DNA of 64,000 nt. It comes from Negaprion brevirostris. Lineage: Eukaryota. Where the stretch lies: positions 39,928,364 through 39,992,363 of the forward strand of contig JARDVH010000163.1 in NCBI GenBank assembly GCA_030324005.1, in the 5' to 3' direction. The position numbers and the translations under genes were made by a program. The notes below the pieces were generated by a model. That model ran no database searches. It saw only the letters and a program-made list of their open reading frames with translations, and was not told the origin of the DNA. Positions 1 through 12,167 of the stretch are shown in pieces; the first letter of the stretch is position 1, and every line of letters starts with the position of its first letter.

Positions 1-125
1 ACCAGAAGAACATTGGACTAGTCGGATCTAGAGGTAACAAAGGCATTGACAAAGGTTTCACCAACAGACAAGCTGAGGCAGGAGTGATAACAATGCTGTG
101 AGGTGGAAGTGGTGTTTTAGAAGGG
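1..125 (-). mobile_element. L2-like LINE fragment
   Basis: ctagaggtaacaaaggcat...gctgaggcag is shared with the longer fragment at about 17160-17212. Confidence 0.55.
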
Positions 126-661
126 ATTTTTTTATTATTCATTCAAGGATGTGGGCTTTACTGGCTAAGCCAGCGTTTATTATTCATCCCGAATTGATAT
201 TAAGAAGGTGGTGGTTAGCTTTGTTCTTGAACTGCTGCAATCCAGGTGGTGTTGATACATACACAATGCTGTCAAAGAGGGAGTTCCAGGATTTTGACCC
301 CGCGGGAGTGAAGGAACGGTGTTACATTTCTAAGTTAGGATGGTAAATTGCTTGGATGGGAACTTGCAGGTGGTGCTGTTCCCAGGAATCTGCTCTCTCG
401 TACTTCTGGTAGCGGACGTAGGTTCGGAAGGTGCTTACTCAGGAGCCTTGGTGAGTTCCTGCAGTGCATCTTGTAGATGGTTCTCACTTCTACCACTGTA
501 CACTGGCAGTGGAGAGAGTGAATGTTTGGATCTGGGGTGCCCATCAGGCAAGCTGCTTTGCTCTGGATGGTGTTGAGCTTCTTGAGTGTAGTTGGAGCTC
601 CACTCATCGAGCAAATGGGGAGTATTCCATCACATTCCTGACTTCTGTCTTGTAAATGATG

Positions 662-779
662 AAAGAAATCCCACAACACCAGTTTAAAGTCCAAACAGGT
701 TTATTTGTGGTAAAAGCCGCAAGCTTTCAGGACAGCTTGTCCCTTCATCAGGTGGCTGGGTGTTCTTCACATCATGGCT
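662..779 (-). mobile_element. Short Penelope-type terminal fragment inserted into the LINE, with a 12-bp TSD
   Basis: TTGTAAATGATG direct repeat at 650-661 and 780-791. The insert contains cacaacaccagtttaaagtccaaacaggtttattt and a hammerhead motif. Confidence 0.8.
715..757 (-). ncRNA. Minimal type I hammerhead ribozyme motif
   Basis: Minus strand reads AGCCAC-CUGAUGA-AGGGACAAGCUGUCCU-GAAA-GCUU-GCGGCU: both core boxes intact, stem II with one bulge, palindromic AAGCUU stem III, stem I with one A-C mismatch. Confidence 0.75.
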
Positions 780-2389
780 TTGTAAATGATGGACAGGTTT
801 TCAGGAGTCAGGAGGTTGCTCACCGCAGGATTCCTAGCCTCTAACTTGTTCTTGTAGCCACAGTATTTATACGGCTAGTCAATTGAGTTTCTGGTCAATG
901 GTAACTCCCCAGGATGTTGTTTGTGGAGACTTCAGTAATGATAATGCTATTGAATGTCAAGGGCAAATGTTAAAATTCTCTTGTGTTGGAGACGATCATT
1001 GCCTATGTGGTGTGAATGGTACTTGACACTTGTCATCCATGTCAGGACATGGATGGATTCAGTACCTGAGGAGTCATGAATGATGCTGAACATTGTACAG
1101 TCATCAGCAAACATCTCCATTTGTGACTTAATGATAGATGGAAGATCACTGAAGCAGCTGAAGATGGTTGACAGAGGACACTACCCTGATGAACTCCTGC
1201 AGTGATGTCCTGGAGCTGAGATGATGACCTCTACCACAAATATCTTCCATTGTGCTGGATATGTCTCCAACACATGGAGTCCTCCCCCCCACCACCCACC
1301 GCCCCCNNNNNNNNNNNNNNNNNNNNNNNNNNNNNNNNNNNNNNNNNNNNNNNNNNNNNNNNNNNNNNNNNNNNNNNNNNNNNNNNNNNNNNNNNNNNNN
1401 NNNNNNNNNNNNNNNNNNNNNNNNNNNNNNNNNNNNNNNNNNNNNNNNNNNNNNNNNNNNNNNNNNNNNNNNNNNNNNNNNNNNNNNNNNNNNNNNNNNN
1501 NNNNNNNNNNNNNNNNNNNNNNNNNNNNNNNNNNNNNNNNNNNNNNNNNNNNNNNNNNNNNNNNNNNNNNNNNNNNNNNNNNNNNNNNNNNNNNNNNNNN
1601 NNNNNNNNNNNNNNNNNNNNNNNNNNNNNNNNNNNNNNNNNNNNNNNNNNNNNNNNNNNNNNNNNNNNNNNNNNNNNNNNNNNNNNNNNNNNNNNNNNNN
1701 NNNNNNNNNNNNNNNCAGAATATTGTCAGTGCCCATAGCCTTTGCAGTACCAGTGCTTTCAAACATTTCCTGATATCACATGGAGTAAATTGAATTGGCT
1801 GAAGAATGGCATTGGTGATGCTTGGGACCTCCGGAGGAGGCCGAGATGGATAATCCACTAGACACTTTTGGCTGAAGGTACTTGCGAATGCTTCAGCCCT
1901 TTGTTTCGCACTGAAGTGCTGGGTTCCTCCATCACTGAGGATGGGGATATTTGTGGAGCTTCCTCCTCTAGTGAGTTGTTTAATTGTCTATCACCATTCA
2001 TGCAAGATGCAGAGCTTAGACAGGATCGACTGATTGGGATATGTGGTCAGACCATCGTTTCAGGACCAAATGGGGCACTGAAGTTGTGAATTGTGTGGTT
2101 CAGCCTCAGACATTGAGAACAGAATTGGTGCTGGAGAGCCAGGAAAATGGCTTCAATTTTGTGCTAAGTACATGTTAAGTCGCTACGCTTCATGTTTAAT
2201 TTTAATTTTGTTCTTTAGCATCCATTCTTCTGATTTGCATCATCATTTTCTGCTTTTGCACTGCCCCCCCCTCCCTCCCTCCCCTCCCCTCCTCGTCCGT
2301 CCGTCCATCCATCGCCACATTCTGATGCTGGAGCCGCCACCATCACCAGAGAGGGAGAATGAGGCTGGTGAGCTGGGAGCCGGAATGCA

Positions 2390-3245
2390 GGGCAGGAATT
2401 CTGACCCGAAGCTTGGCCACAAATGTCACTACCATTCGCAGAGGTGCCGTGGTGGCTTGGGGTGGGAAGTTGCCAATGGACTGGTGAAGTGTGAGTAACC
2501 AGCCTCCGGAGGCTGTTGCTGGCTTTTTCAGTGCCCTCACCTCCTGCCACTCAATCTGCAGCCCTCCAGCTCAGTCTGTAGCCCACCCCATAGCTCAATC
2601 TGTGGCCTGTCTCCCAAACCACGGGTAAATATGTGCCCCCCAGCCACTGCCAGTTCATTCTATGTCACCCCCTCTCCCTTCCCCTTCCCAGTACTGCTCA
2701 CTCTGCAGCCCCCGAACTCAATCAGTAGCCCACCCATGACTGTGGGCTGCCCTTGCGCAGTTCCATCTGTGGCCCAGGACTAGGCTCAGGCCCTGAAGAC
2801 AGTCAAGAACTTATCCAAACTCCGCTGAGAGAGAATGAGATATCGAGGGAAATCTTACCAAAAATATGACAGTATGTTGGTTCCGGTGAGAAAAATGCTG
2901 TGTTTCTCCACAGAAAGCACGTTGATTTTTTTCTCCAGCTCTTGCCACACTCTGTCACAAAAAAAACAGCTGGCGTGTTTCATATTGTCATGTGGGAGGG
3001 GTGCCTCAACACGCCAGTAAAAACCAGCTGCACTGATATCAAAAAGTTATCTTCCCGAGTTTCGCCGGATCTTAAGTCCCCACCAACATTCCTGCGGATG
3101 GTGGAAACAGAGAGAGAGATTGTGGCTGCGATTTGTAGCCGTATTCTCCACAAATGCAATCGGCAACGGGGGCGCCAATCATCACGAGACTCAAAATGAG
3201 AATCAGGCTGCACGCCAAATTTTCTCACCTCAGTTAACACTCTGC
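2390..3245. mobile_element. GC-rich MITE-like / non-autonomous DNA element(s) with degenerate internal ctcaatctgtagccc repeats
   Basis: Begins GGGCAGGAATTC, like other GGGC-terminal elements in the window; repeated units at about 2550-2775. Confidence 0.45.
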
Positions 3246-3832
3246 ACAGAATGGAATGAGAGAGAGGGAGAGAGTGGAAAAGGAGAAAAAGAGAGTGAAG
3301 AAGGAGAGAGACATACAGATTGGGAGTGGCAAGCTAGCAACAAGTTGAGCTGAGTTTCAGGAGTGTTGTTACTGAGGCACAGAATCTGTGCTGCTTAGGG
3401 CTCCTTTAGTGTTACCAATCTAAATGTATGCAATATTTTTGTTGTGTTCAGTATTTATTTTACTTTGCACTTTATTCCTGCTGAGAATACACAGTGCTGC
3501 ACATGTAAGATACTTATGTCAATTTGTACATTTTTTTTCTAGGCAAGAAATGTTTGAGGCAACCTTAATTCAGCTTTAACATTTATTTGTAATGGAACCT
3601 GTGATTCACTTGAAATAGTTCCACTTAAAGTTGCATTATTCAGCAATGTGATTGGAGCTTTATGTGTGGACTTAACTATCTTTAATTGGACCATACTTCT
3701 GCTTTTCCAGTATTAGATGTTGGACATTTAATGTGGAAAATTAGAGGCAGTTCAAAGAAAGTGGTGTTGAGAATCTGATGTTATATTTTCATTTGTTGTT
3801 GTTGAGAGGCAGCATTGAAATAAGTTTATAAA

Positions 3833-4125
3833 AATTCATTTATGGGATGTGGGCCTCACTGGCCAGGCCAGCATTCATTGCCCATCCCTAATTATCCTTG
3901 AATGGAGTGGCTTGCTAGGTCATTTCAGAGGGCAATTAGGAGTCAAACACATTGGTGTGAATATTGAGTCACGTGTAGACCAGACCAGCTGGGTTTTTAG
4001 GACAATCAACAATGATTTCATTGTCATTGTTAGACTTTTAATTCCAGATTTTTCATTGAATTCAAATCGCACCATCTGTAATGATTCTCAGAGTACTACC
4101 CTGTGTTTCAGGATTATTAGTCTCA
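3833..4125 (-). mobile_element. tRNA-derived SINE, family C (tail shared with the LINE at 128-2015)
   Basis: Similar to 11088-11436, 40478-40830 and 53484-53846. Confidence 0.75.
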
Positions 4126-5212
4126 TGAGTAATATTGAAGGAATAGGAAGAGGAAACTCCTGAAGGTAATTCTCCAGCGAAAGGTGGATGGATAGATAAA
4201 TAGATAAGGAGGATCCATTGGTTGAAATCAATAAAGTTCATAAAGCAGAGATATAAGCAGATGCAGAGAATGATGATTTATGAGGCAAATCTTTTGTTGT
4301 ATTATCAGATATCTTGATGGCTTAGGGGGGAAACATTATAGTATTAGCTATGCTGAAGCATGCAAAATATTTATATCATCTACTTGGATGTTAATATATC
4401 TGGACTTTGCTTGGGAGTTAAACCCAATTCACAGCTACACCTGCTAAAGGTTTTCACCTATATATGTCTGGAACTGATGAATCAGCATCAACAGAACAGA
4501 TTAGTGAAAATCTTAGAAGCAATTTTAATTCAGGAATTAGCAAGACCCTCAGATCAATCATTTCTGCATCAACTGCACACCTGAATGATTATAATGACAT
4601 TTTGCCAATAAAGTATAAATGAGCCACTTGATCTTCCATGTATTTTTAACAGATAGCCTGGAGCACAGTGGTAAAGGTTAGCATGGTCTCATTGTGAACA
4701 GAATAGTTTCTGAAATTGTTAGTAATGCTGACTAATCACAGAACTGATTATGACTTCTTGTTTATATGATTTGCCTCCTTAGACAGTGACAGACATAAGC
4801 TGTCATTCATCAGAGTAGCATATACAGTGTTGGGGTGAATTCCCAAGATGATGGAGAGCCACAGGGTTCATGACTCCTCAGCCTTTCCACCAAATTGTAA
4901 TACCTGTGACTATGGAAGGTCCTCTCCCTGTGAATCCCCAAGTTGACCTTCTGCACTAAGGGCAACTCTGGTGATTCCTACTCCTGGCTCTATCAGGAAA
5001 AGTCTTTTAGTGTCCTTAAATCACGACAGGTTTCTTCTTTTCAATCAGTGAACAGGCTTTCCCCTGCATTCTGCCTTGTGGTTAATAGGAAAAACAGCCT
5101 TTTGCATCTGCAGCTAGTCATAACTGCTGTTATCCCGCTCTCTCTGTTCTTGTTCAGAGTCTCTGAGACAAAATCTGCAATATCAAGACCATCTCCTTTT
5201 GCCTTTGTTTTA

Positions 5213-6045
5213 AGACATAAGGACAGAATTAAGCCATTTGGCCCATTGCAGCTCCTCTGCCATTCAGTGAGATCATCACTGATCTGATAATCCTCATCTC
5301 CATTTTCCTGCCTTATCCCCATGACCCTTACAGAATCATGGAATCGTAGAATCCTAACCCTGCAGTGAGGCCATTCAGCCTGCACCAATTCTCCAACAGA
5401 GCATCTTCCATCTGCCAAGCTTTTGCCCACTCACCTAACTTGTCTGTATCCTTCTGTAGATTCTGGGTTCCTCACACTTGCCTTCCCACTTATTATTGTG
5501 TCTTCTGCAAACTTGACAAGAGTCCATTCACTTTCCTCATCCAAATTGTGAATATATGTTATAAATAATTGTGGCCCTAGCATTGGTTCCCTGTGACACT
5601 CAATAGGTTGCTATCCTGAAAAGGCCCCTGTTATTCTAACTCTTTTCTATCAGTTAGCCAATCCTCTATCCATTGCTAATATACTACTCCCACCATCATG
5701 GGCACTTCTCTTATAAAGTAGCCTTTATTATAGTACCTTGTTGAATGTTTTTTGGAAATTCGGGGTATTATTGCATCCTTTTATCTATCCTGCTCATCAC
5801 TACCTCAAAGAATTCTAATAAATTTGTCAGGCATGATTTTGTTTTCATGAAGCAATGCTAATTCTGCTTGATTATATTATGTATTTCTAAATGCTCTGCT
5901 ATTACTTCCTTTATAATGAACTCTCTCATTTTCCAAATGACAGCTGTTAAGCTAACAGACCTGTTGTGATCTGTTTTTTGTCTCTTTTTTGAATAAGGCT
6001 GTTACATTGGCAGTTTCCCAATCCTCTGGAAATTTTCCAGAATTT
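5213..6045 (-). mobile_element. CR1 LINE fragments (3' end and RT) with an embedded SINE tail
   Basis: CR1 3' motif agacataag...gccatttggccc; tail agaatcatggaatcgtagaatcc at about 5331-5440; decayed reverse-strand RT sequence. Confidence 0.7.
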
Positions 6046-6839
6046 AAACTAAGTTTGTACGTTTCAATAATATAGGACTTTAGCCCCAATCACCATGGCA
6101 TTCAACCACACAAGTTTGATATCAGGCAGAATTCATTGAAGATCACATGATTGTCATTACTTCATCTTACCTTAAATTAAAGAGACAGTTTAATACATAA
6201 CCATCTAATAACTATTCATAATAAGACTTATTTTTTGTGATTTTCTGGTTGTCCAGTTTTGGGTTTTCTGGTGGTTCTTCATTCCTGATTGGTAATTTTC
6301 TTACTTTCCTAAGTTTGAATTAATTAGTAAGGTTAATTGTGTTTATTGATTAGATCAGAAAAATATGATGGATTGCTTTGTACTGTAGACATATTTAAAG
6401 TCTGCACTATGCAGATCTTTTCATTATAAATATTGGTGTATGTTTGGTATGTGGAGCATTAGTATTACATAAATGTAAATGTTATTATTTTTATTGTTTT
6501 ATCCCATATGACCTTCTTGTTAAGTGACTTGCTGTTTCTAATTGCATCTCATGCAATAGTTAAACTAGAAGTGTATTTCATGAGTTGTATCAAGTTGGGG
6601 TGTACCATTGTGGTGCAGCAGATCATACATCAATATATGACTTGTGCCTCAAACTGTTATTAAAGAGGGTTCAATGTATTGAGTGGAGTTTGAAAGAACT
6701 TACGATGGGGGCCAGTGGAGCAGGTGCAGCAAAATAGGTCAGGGATAGGTGGGGGCACAGGAGAGAGCCCTGGGAATGGGTTGGGTGTAATGGAGGCATG
6801 GACCAGGGTGTCACAGAGGGAATTCAGATTTCCACATAA

Positions 6840-7005
6840 CCAGCTGAGGATTCCCCTTTTTGTCACTTCACCAGCCTCCACATTCAAAGAATCATCTTCA
6901 GCCATTTCTGCCAACTCCATCATGATACCATCACTAAACATATCTTTCCCTCAGTCCCTGCCAACATTCCATAGGGACCACTCCCTCTGTAACAATCTCA
7001 CATCA
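6840..7005 (+). mobile_element. Penelope-like element fragment
   Basis: Frameshifted translation resembles RIPL..TSLHIQRIIF.HF.QL.HD..TKHIFP....FHRDHSL, the region preceding the GIY-YIG domain in fish Penelope elements. Confidence 0.65.
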
Positions 7006-8159
7006 TAACCACTATTCGTTTTGGTAATGAATTAGCTATGTCCATTTCAAACTCCAGTGCAACCTCAGATGTGTGATGTTTTGTCTTCAATCTGGCCTGT
7101 TTAGTGCAAGTTCATGTACTTTCTACCAAGTAAACAAAGCAGTGCTTACCTTTTGTTTAGTGTGGATGAGTAGTTTCTCTTGTGGATGCTTGTGAAATGC
7201 TTTTGGTTTTTGTGTTATGTTACTGTATTTTGGACTTTGCATTGTTAGGAATGGGTTAACAGACCTTCCAATTAAGTCCTAATTTGATGTCAATTGTTCA
7301 GTAGAGGTCACTGATATATAAACGGGCTGCAGATAGCACTGGGAGGTGATGCAGAATTGTATGTGAAGTTAGGGCAAAGAAATAAAGGTAGTTCATTAAG
7401 AAGCAGAATTTGTGTCTCCTTTGCTGAACTGCAACCTAGAAGCTCAAACATGAATGTGTCTTCAGAAGAAAGGTCTGATTTGTCCTCAATCAGATTACCT
7501 AGCAGATTATTTCATTAAAAAAATGCATACACAAGTTATTCTTGAAATACAGTGCAAACTTCATGAAACCTAGTGTCAGTGGCAGATTTTGCTCTTTGAT
7601 AAGTTGTGTATCTAATTTGCACATTTTGCAATGTAGTTTGGAGCAGCATAATGAGCTGATGTTACCAACACATACAGCCTCATTTAAGCATTAAAGTTTG
7701 ATGTTCACTCTGAGTGACAAATTCTACAAGTTCAGATAAAGCCCTGTTCACAGATTGACACAATCTTACCTGCTGAAGCAAAAGATCCCACAAGGAGAGA
7801 AAATAACTTTTGTGGAGATGATATTGATTATTTGTTTTTATTTTTGTTGTGTATTATTGGGTAGACATTACTGTTAGATGTCTGGTTTTGCCCCTGAGTA
7901 TTTTTCCTTGCCAGTGCTTTTCAGTTGTTACAGCCATTAGGCCCACTGGGTGGGATTACAGCTTTGTTTGAGCAAAACTGGAAATTCCTGTCCAATGTCA
8001 ATGGACATTTTTGTTGTTCACCCTTTGCTCTGATTCCATGGTGGGTGAGGTGGTAGAATTTCAATGATTGTGTCTGTACCACCTCTCAATGAGTATTATG
8101 ACTTAATGCTATTCTCTTTTTCCCTGTACCCCTACATGTTGTTTCTATTCAAGGCATCT

Positions 8160-8271
8160 TGAGGGGAATTGCTTGATAGAGCAGACGCAGCACGGTTTCG
8201 TTAAGGGGAAGTCGTGTCTGATGAATTTATTGGAGTTCTATGAGGATGTGTCTAGGGCGGTGGATAGAGGA
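8160..8271 (+). mobile_element. Young CR1 RT fragment running into an N gap
   Basis: QHGFVKGKSCLMNLLEFYEDVSRAVDRG, with CpGs retained. Confidence 0.9.
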
Positions 8272-8549
8272 NNNNNNNNNNNNNNNNNNNNNNNNNNNNN
8301 NNNNNNNNNNNNNNNNNNNNNNNNNNNNNNNNNNNNNNNNNNNNNNNNNNNNNNNNNNNNNNNNNNNNNNNNNNNNNNNNNNNNNNNNNNNNNNNNNNNN
8401 NNNNNNNNNNNNNNNNNNNNNNNNNNNNNNNNNNNNNNNNNNNNNNNNNNNNNNNNNNGGGTATGATATGTAGGGCCTGGGCGGGATTGTGTTCTGTGCA
8501 GACTTGATGGGCCAAAGGCCCTCTTTCTGCACTGTAGGATTCTATGATT

Positions 8550-9505
8550 ACTAACTAGAATCTTGTACAAGTTCAGCATAGCCTCCTTGCCCCCATTAAT
8601 AAAGCCCAGGATACTATAAGCTTTTACTGATCTCTCCATCTGCCCTATCACCTTCAATGATTTTTGCATAATATACATAAATAAAACCAGGTCCATCTGC
8701 TCCTACAAGTCTTTAAGAATTTTATCCCTTTTCTTGTATTTTCTCTCCATGTTCTTCCTACCAAAACACCACCTCACTCTTCTGCATTGAACTTCATCTG
8801 CCAGTTATTTGCCAACTCCATTATCTTCTATGTGTTCTTTTTGCATTCTTCTCTTCACTATTTATAATACTTCCAAGTTTTGTATCATTTGCCCCCTTTG
8901 AAATTGTTCCCCACACACCAAGATCTAGATCATTAATATATATCCGGAAAAGCAAGGGTCCCAATACCAATCCATGGGGAACCTCACTACTAACCTTCCT
9001 CTGGCCTGAAAAATATCCATTGACTATTACACTCAGCTTCCTGTTATTTAGCCAATTTTGTATCCACGTTGCTATTGTCCCTTTTATTCCATGAGCTGTG
9101 ACTTTCTCACGTCTGTGTGGCATTATATTGAAGGTCTCCTGAAAGTCCATGTACACCATATCAACAGCAGTGCCCTCATCGACCCTTTTTTGTTACCTCC
9201 TCTAAAACAACTCCAAGTTGGTTAAACATGATTTCACCTTTGAAAATCCATGCTGGCTCATTCTAATCAACCCACATTTCACCACCTGATTATTAATTCT
9301 GTCTTAAATAATTGTTTCTAGGAACTTCCCACCACTGAAGTTAAACTGACTGGCCTGTACTTGCTAGACTTATGCTTATACTTTTTTTGGACAAGCATGT
9401 AACATTTGTAATTCTCCAGTCCTCTAGCACCTCCCCTGCATCTGAAGAAAATAGTTTATGGCCAGAACCTCTGCAACTTCCACCCTGACTTCCGTTAATA
9501 TATTT
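8550..9505 (-). mobile_element. CR1 LINE RT fragment
   Basis: ORF 8821..9159: VYMDFQ...WIQNWL...VPHGLVLGPLLFRIYINDLD...NDTKLG. Confidence 0.9.
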
Positions 9506-10185
9506 TCTTCATTATTCTTGTATCCTGCTGGCTCTAAAGTCACACCCTCCCATGAAGCTGCTTTGAGGTTTTGCAGTTCACTACATAATTGAGATGATGA
9601 TCCACTGATCATTCAAGCATTTTTTGCTATTCCCTTCATTATCCTAGGGCTGCTTTCTGTGCATCTCCGTGCAGTGCTGCCCTTACTTCCTGCACTTCAA
9701 AACATAGCCTCCCACAAAGTTGTTCCATCACTAAACAAAGTGCACCCATCTCTGGATCAGAAATGTAGGTTACTGCAACAAAAAACATTCATGTGACTAT
9801 ATCCTCCTCAGCCATCTGCTACATCCACCACACCTGTGTGTTAGGGAGATGACAATCACTCTGTATGAAAGGGCAACTTCTTCATCACTTCTTTTGCATA
9901 CAAACTTCATCTTTCACTGGAAGACAGGATTCTCTCCAATAAAGAACTACACATGGAGGATTACTCATAATCTTATGACTTTCATGAAAAGACTTATAAT
10001 CAAATTCAACTGGTTTCTATAAACATAGGCTAGATTTTATGCAGCTTTTCTTGGTGGGAACCACGTCAGCCAGGCTCTGAATCATGAAGGATGGCCTATG
10101 TCAGTCTCCCAGTGTCAGAAAAATCTACCCTGATTAAGTCAGAGGCGGAAGGGACATATCTGGGATTTCTGACCACCAGCAATGA

Positions 10186-10830
10186 GATAAGAACGTAAGA
10201 AATAGGAGCAGGAGTAGACCTTCTGGCCCATCAAGACAACTCGGCTATGATCAAGGATGATCTTGCACTTCAATTCTATTTTCCTGCCCACTCCCAATAT
10301 CCCTTAATTCCCTGCGAGGTCAAAAATCTATCGATCCCACCTTTGAATATATTCACGGATAGAGCATCCACAACAGTCTGGGGTAGAGAATTCCAAAGAC
10401 TCACAACCCTTTGAGTTCTAAATGATTGGTCCTTGTCCTGAGATAATGCCTCCATATTTTAGATACCCTGACCAATGGAAACAATCTCGCAGCATTCACC
10501 CTATCAAGCCCCTGCAAAATTTTGTAGGTTTCTGTGAGATAACCACTCATTTTTCTGAACTCCACAGAACGTAAGCCCAATTTACTCAGCCTCTCATCCT
10601 AGGACAATCCCATCATCTTAGGTAGCAGTTTAGTGAAGCTTTGCAGTATCTTTCTGCTTCTCTCTCACTCGCTCTTGCTCCTCCCCACCACCCCCCACCC
10701 CTGCAATGCAAATATATGATGTCTTCAATGTAGAAACCTAAACTGTGCACAGTATTTCAATGCCGCCTCAACAAAACTGTAGCAAGACCTCTTTATTCTT
10801 CTATTCTAATTCTGTTGCAGTAAATTAATG
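10186..10830 (-). mobile_element. CR1 LINE 3' end
   Basis: ataagaacgtaagaaataggagcaggagtag terminal motif followed by decayed ORF2 C-terminus. Confidence 0.8.
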
Positions 10831-11087
10831 AGCCAGTTGACACCCATAATTGCTGAAGCCATCACAATTTACTGGTTTCTCAGGGATTACATTGATGTAT
10901 CATGGGCCTTCCATGCTCTCGAAAGGCCACCCAGCAAAAACCTGTCAGATTTTCCAGTGGCCTCTGAGGATGTGGTGCCCAATTGGACCTGGCATTGGGC
11001 AGGGGGGTTGCTGCTGGAAGCTACCCTACTGCCCTTACCACAGAAACACCTTTGTGACCACCATACCCCCTTCATAGGGGTGAAATG

Positions 11088-11436
11088 GTATTGTGTTAAT
11101 GCAACCGGACCAGTAGTTGGAGGCCCAGGCTAAAGACCTGGTGACACAATTTCAAATCCCACCATGGTATCTGGTGGGATTTAATGAGACTATCAGCAAT
11201 TGTCATAAAAACCACATAGTTGACTAATCTTCTTTCGGGAAAGAAATCTGTCCCCCTTACTTTGTCTGGCCTACGTGTGACTCCGGATCCACAATAATAT
11301 GGTTGATTCTTAACTGCTGTCTGAAATGGCCTAGCAAGCCACTCAGTCCAAGAAGAATTGAGGATGGGCCACAATAGCTGGCCTTGCCATGATGTCCACA
11401 TCCCTTGAAATAGTAAATACAGCAATGAATAAATAA
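11088..11436 (+). mobile_element. SINE family C
   Basis: B-box-like tttcaaatcccacc, body ggaaagaaatctg...ggcctacgtgtgactcc, tail gatgtccacatcccttgaa. Confidence 0.75.
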
Positions 11437-11784
11437 TTCACCTGTGGCCTGCATTTCCTCAATGGTCCTGGGCCTTGGGTGAGAGCAGTGCATTGGTGGC
11501 AATGATAAGCTGCTTGCCTCTGGCCAACAGTTTTTAGTGGGTGGGACCTTCAATGTTGGGACCCTCCATCAAGACCATATAGAAGTTCTGATGAGGGCCA
11601 ATTAAATGCCAGAAGGACACTTTATTGTGTTGGGCCTGTCCCTGGACTTGGCATACCCTGCCAGCTCTCCAACCAGTGGACAAAATCCTGGCTATCATCA
11701 TACATATTAAGGCCATTGTATAGAGAGCTGCTTTGATATGCATAATGTTATATTTGTTAGTGCTCACATTTAATGAATGTGGTC

Positions 11785-12154
11785 AGATAGAGTGCCCTCC
11801 AGTTCAGAAGGAGGACATTTGGCCCATCAAGCCTGCACCAACTCTCCGAAAGAGCATCCTAACCAGACTGAACAACCACCATCCCTCCCTCCCGTCCCCA
11901 CTATCCCCGTACCCCACACATTTACCATGGCTAATCCACCTAACCTTTGGGCACTAAGAGGCAATTTCACATGGCCAACCACCTAACCTGCACATTTTTT
12001 GACTGTGGGAGGAAACTGTAACACCCAGAGGAAACCCGTGCAGACACAGGGAGAATGTGCAAATTCCACACAGACAGTGACCCAAGACCGAAATTGAACT
12101 CGGATCCCTGGCGCTGTGAGGTAAAAGTGCTCACCACTGTGCCACCGTGCCACC
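11785..12154 (-). mobile_element. HE1-type SINE, family A (tRNA head, V-like core, CR1-type tail)
   Basis: Reverse complement reads ggtggcacggtggcacagtggtgagcac...cagcgccagggatcc...ctgtgtggaatttgcacattctcc...gatgggccaaatg. Confidence 0.9.
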
Positions 12155-12167
12155 ACAAGATAGCTCC

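Larger units (their letters stand above)
128..2015 (-). mobile_element. Decayed non-LTR retrotransposon (CR1/L2/Crack group), RT and 3' end; contains an N gap and a nested insertion
   Basis: Minus-strand peptides TTLKKLNTIQSKAACLMG...IHSLH...YKMHC and PIQFTPCDIRKCLKAL / TAKAMGTDNI; A-rich 3' tail at about 128-145; second copy at 46220-46835. Confidence 0.85.

Noticed and set aside
1146-1858. Long ORFs of 160-225 aa in the ORF track (also near 8200, 43356 and 44500-45170)
   Set aside because: Artefacts of translating through N runs; the real flanks are LINE fragments.
2540-2780. Spaced repeated motif ctcaatctgtagccc, superficially CRISPR-like
   Set aside because: Degenerate units, irregular spacing, eukaryotic context and no cas genes; internal to a MITE-like element.
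9540-9960. Possible Harbinger transposase remnant
   Set aside because: I could not recover any convincing motif by manual translation.
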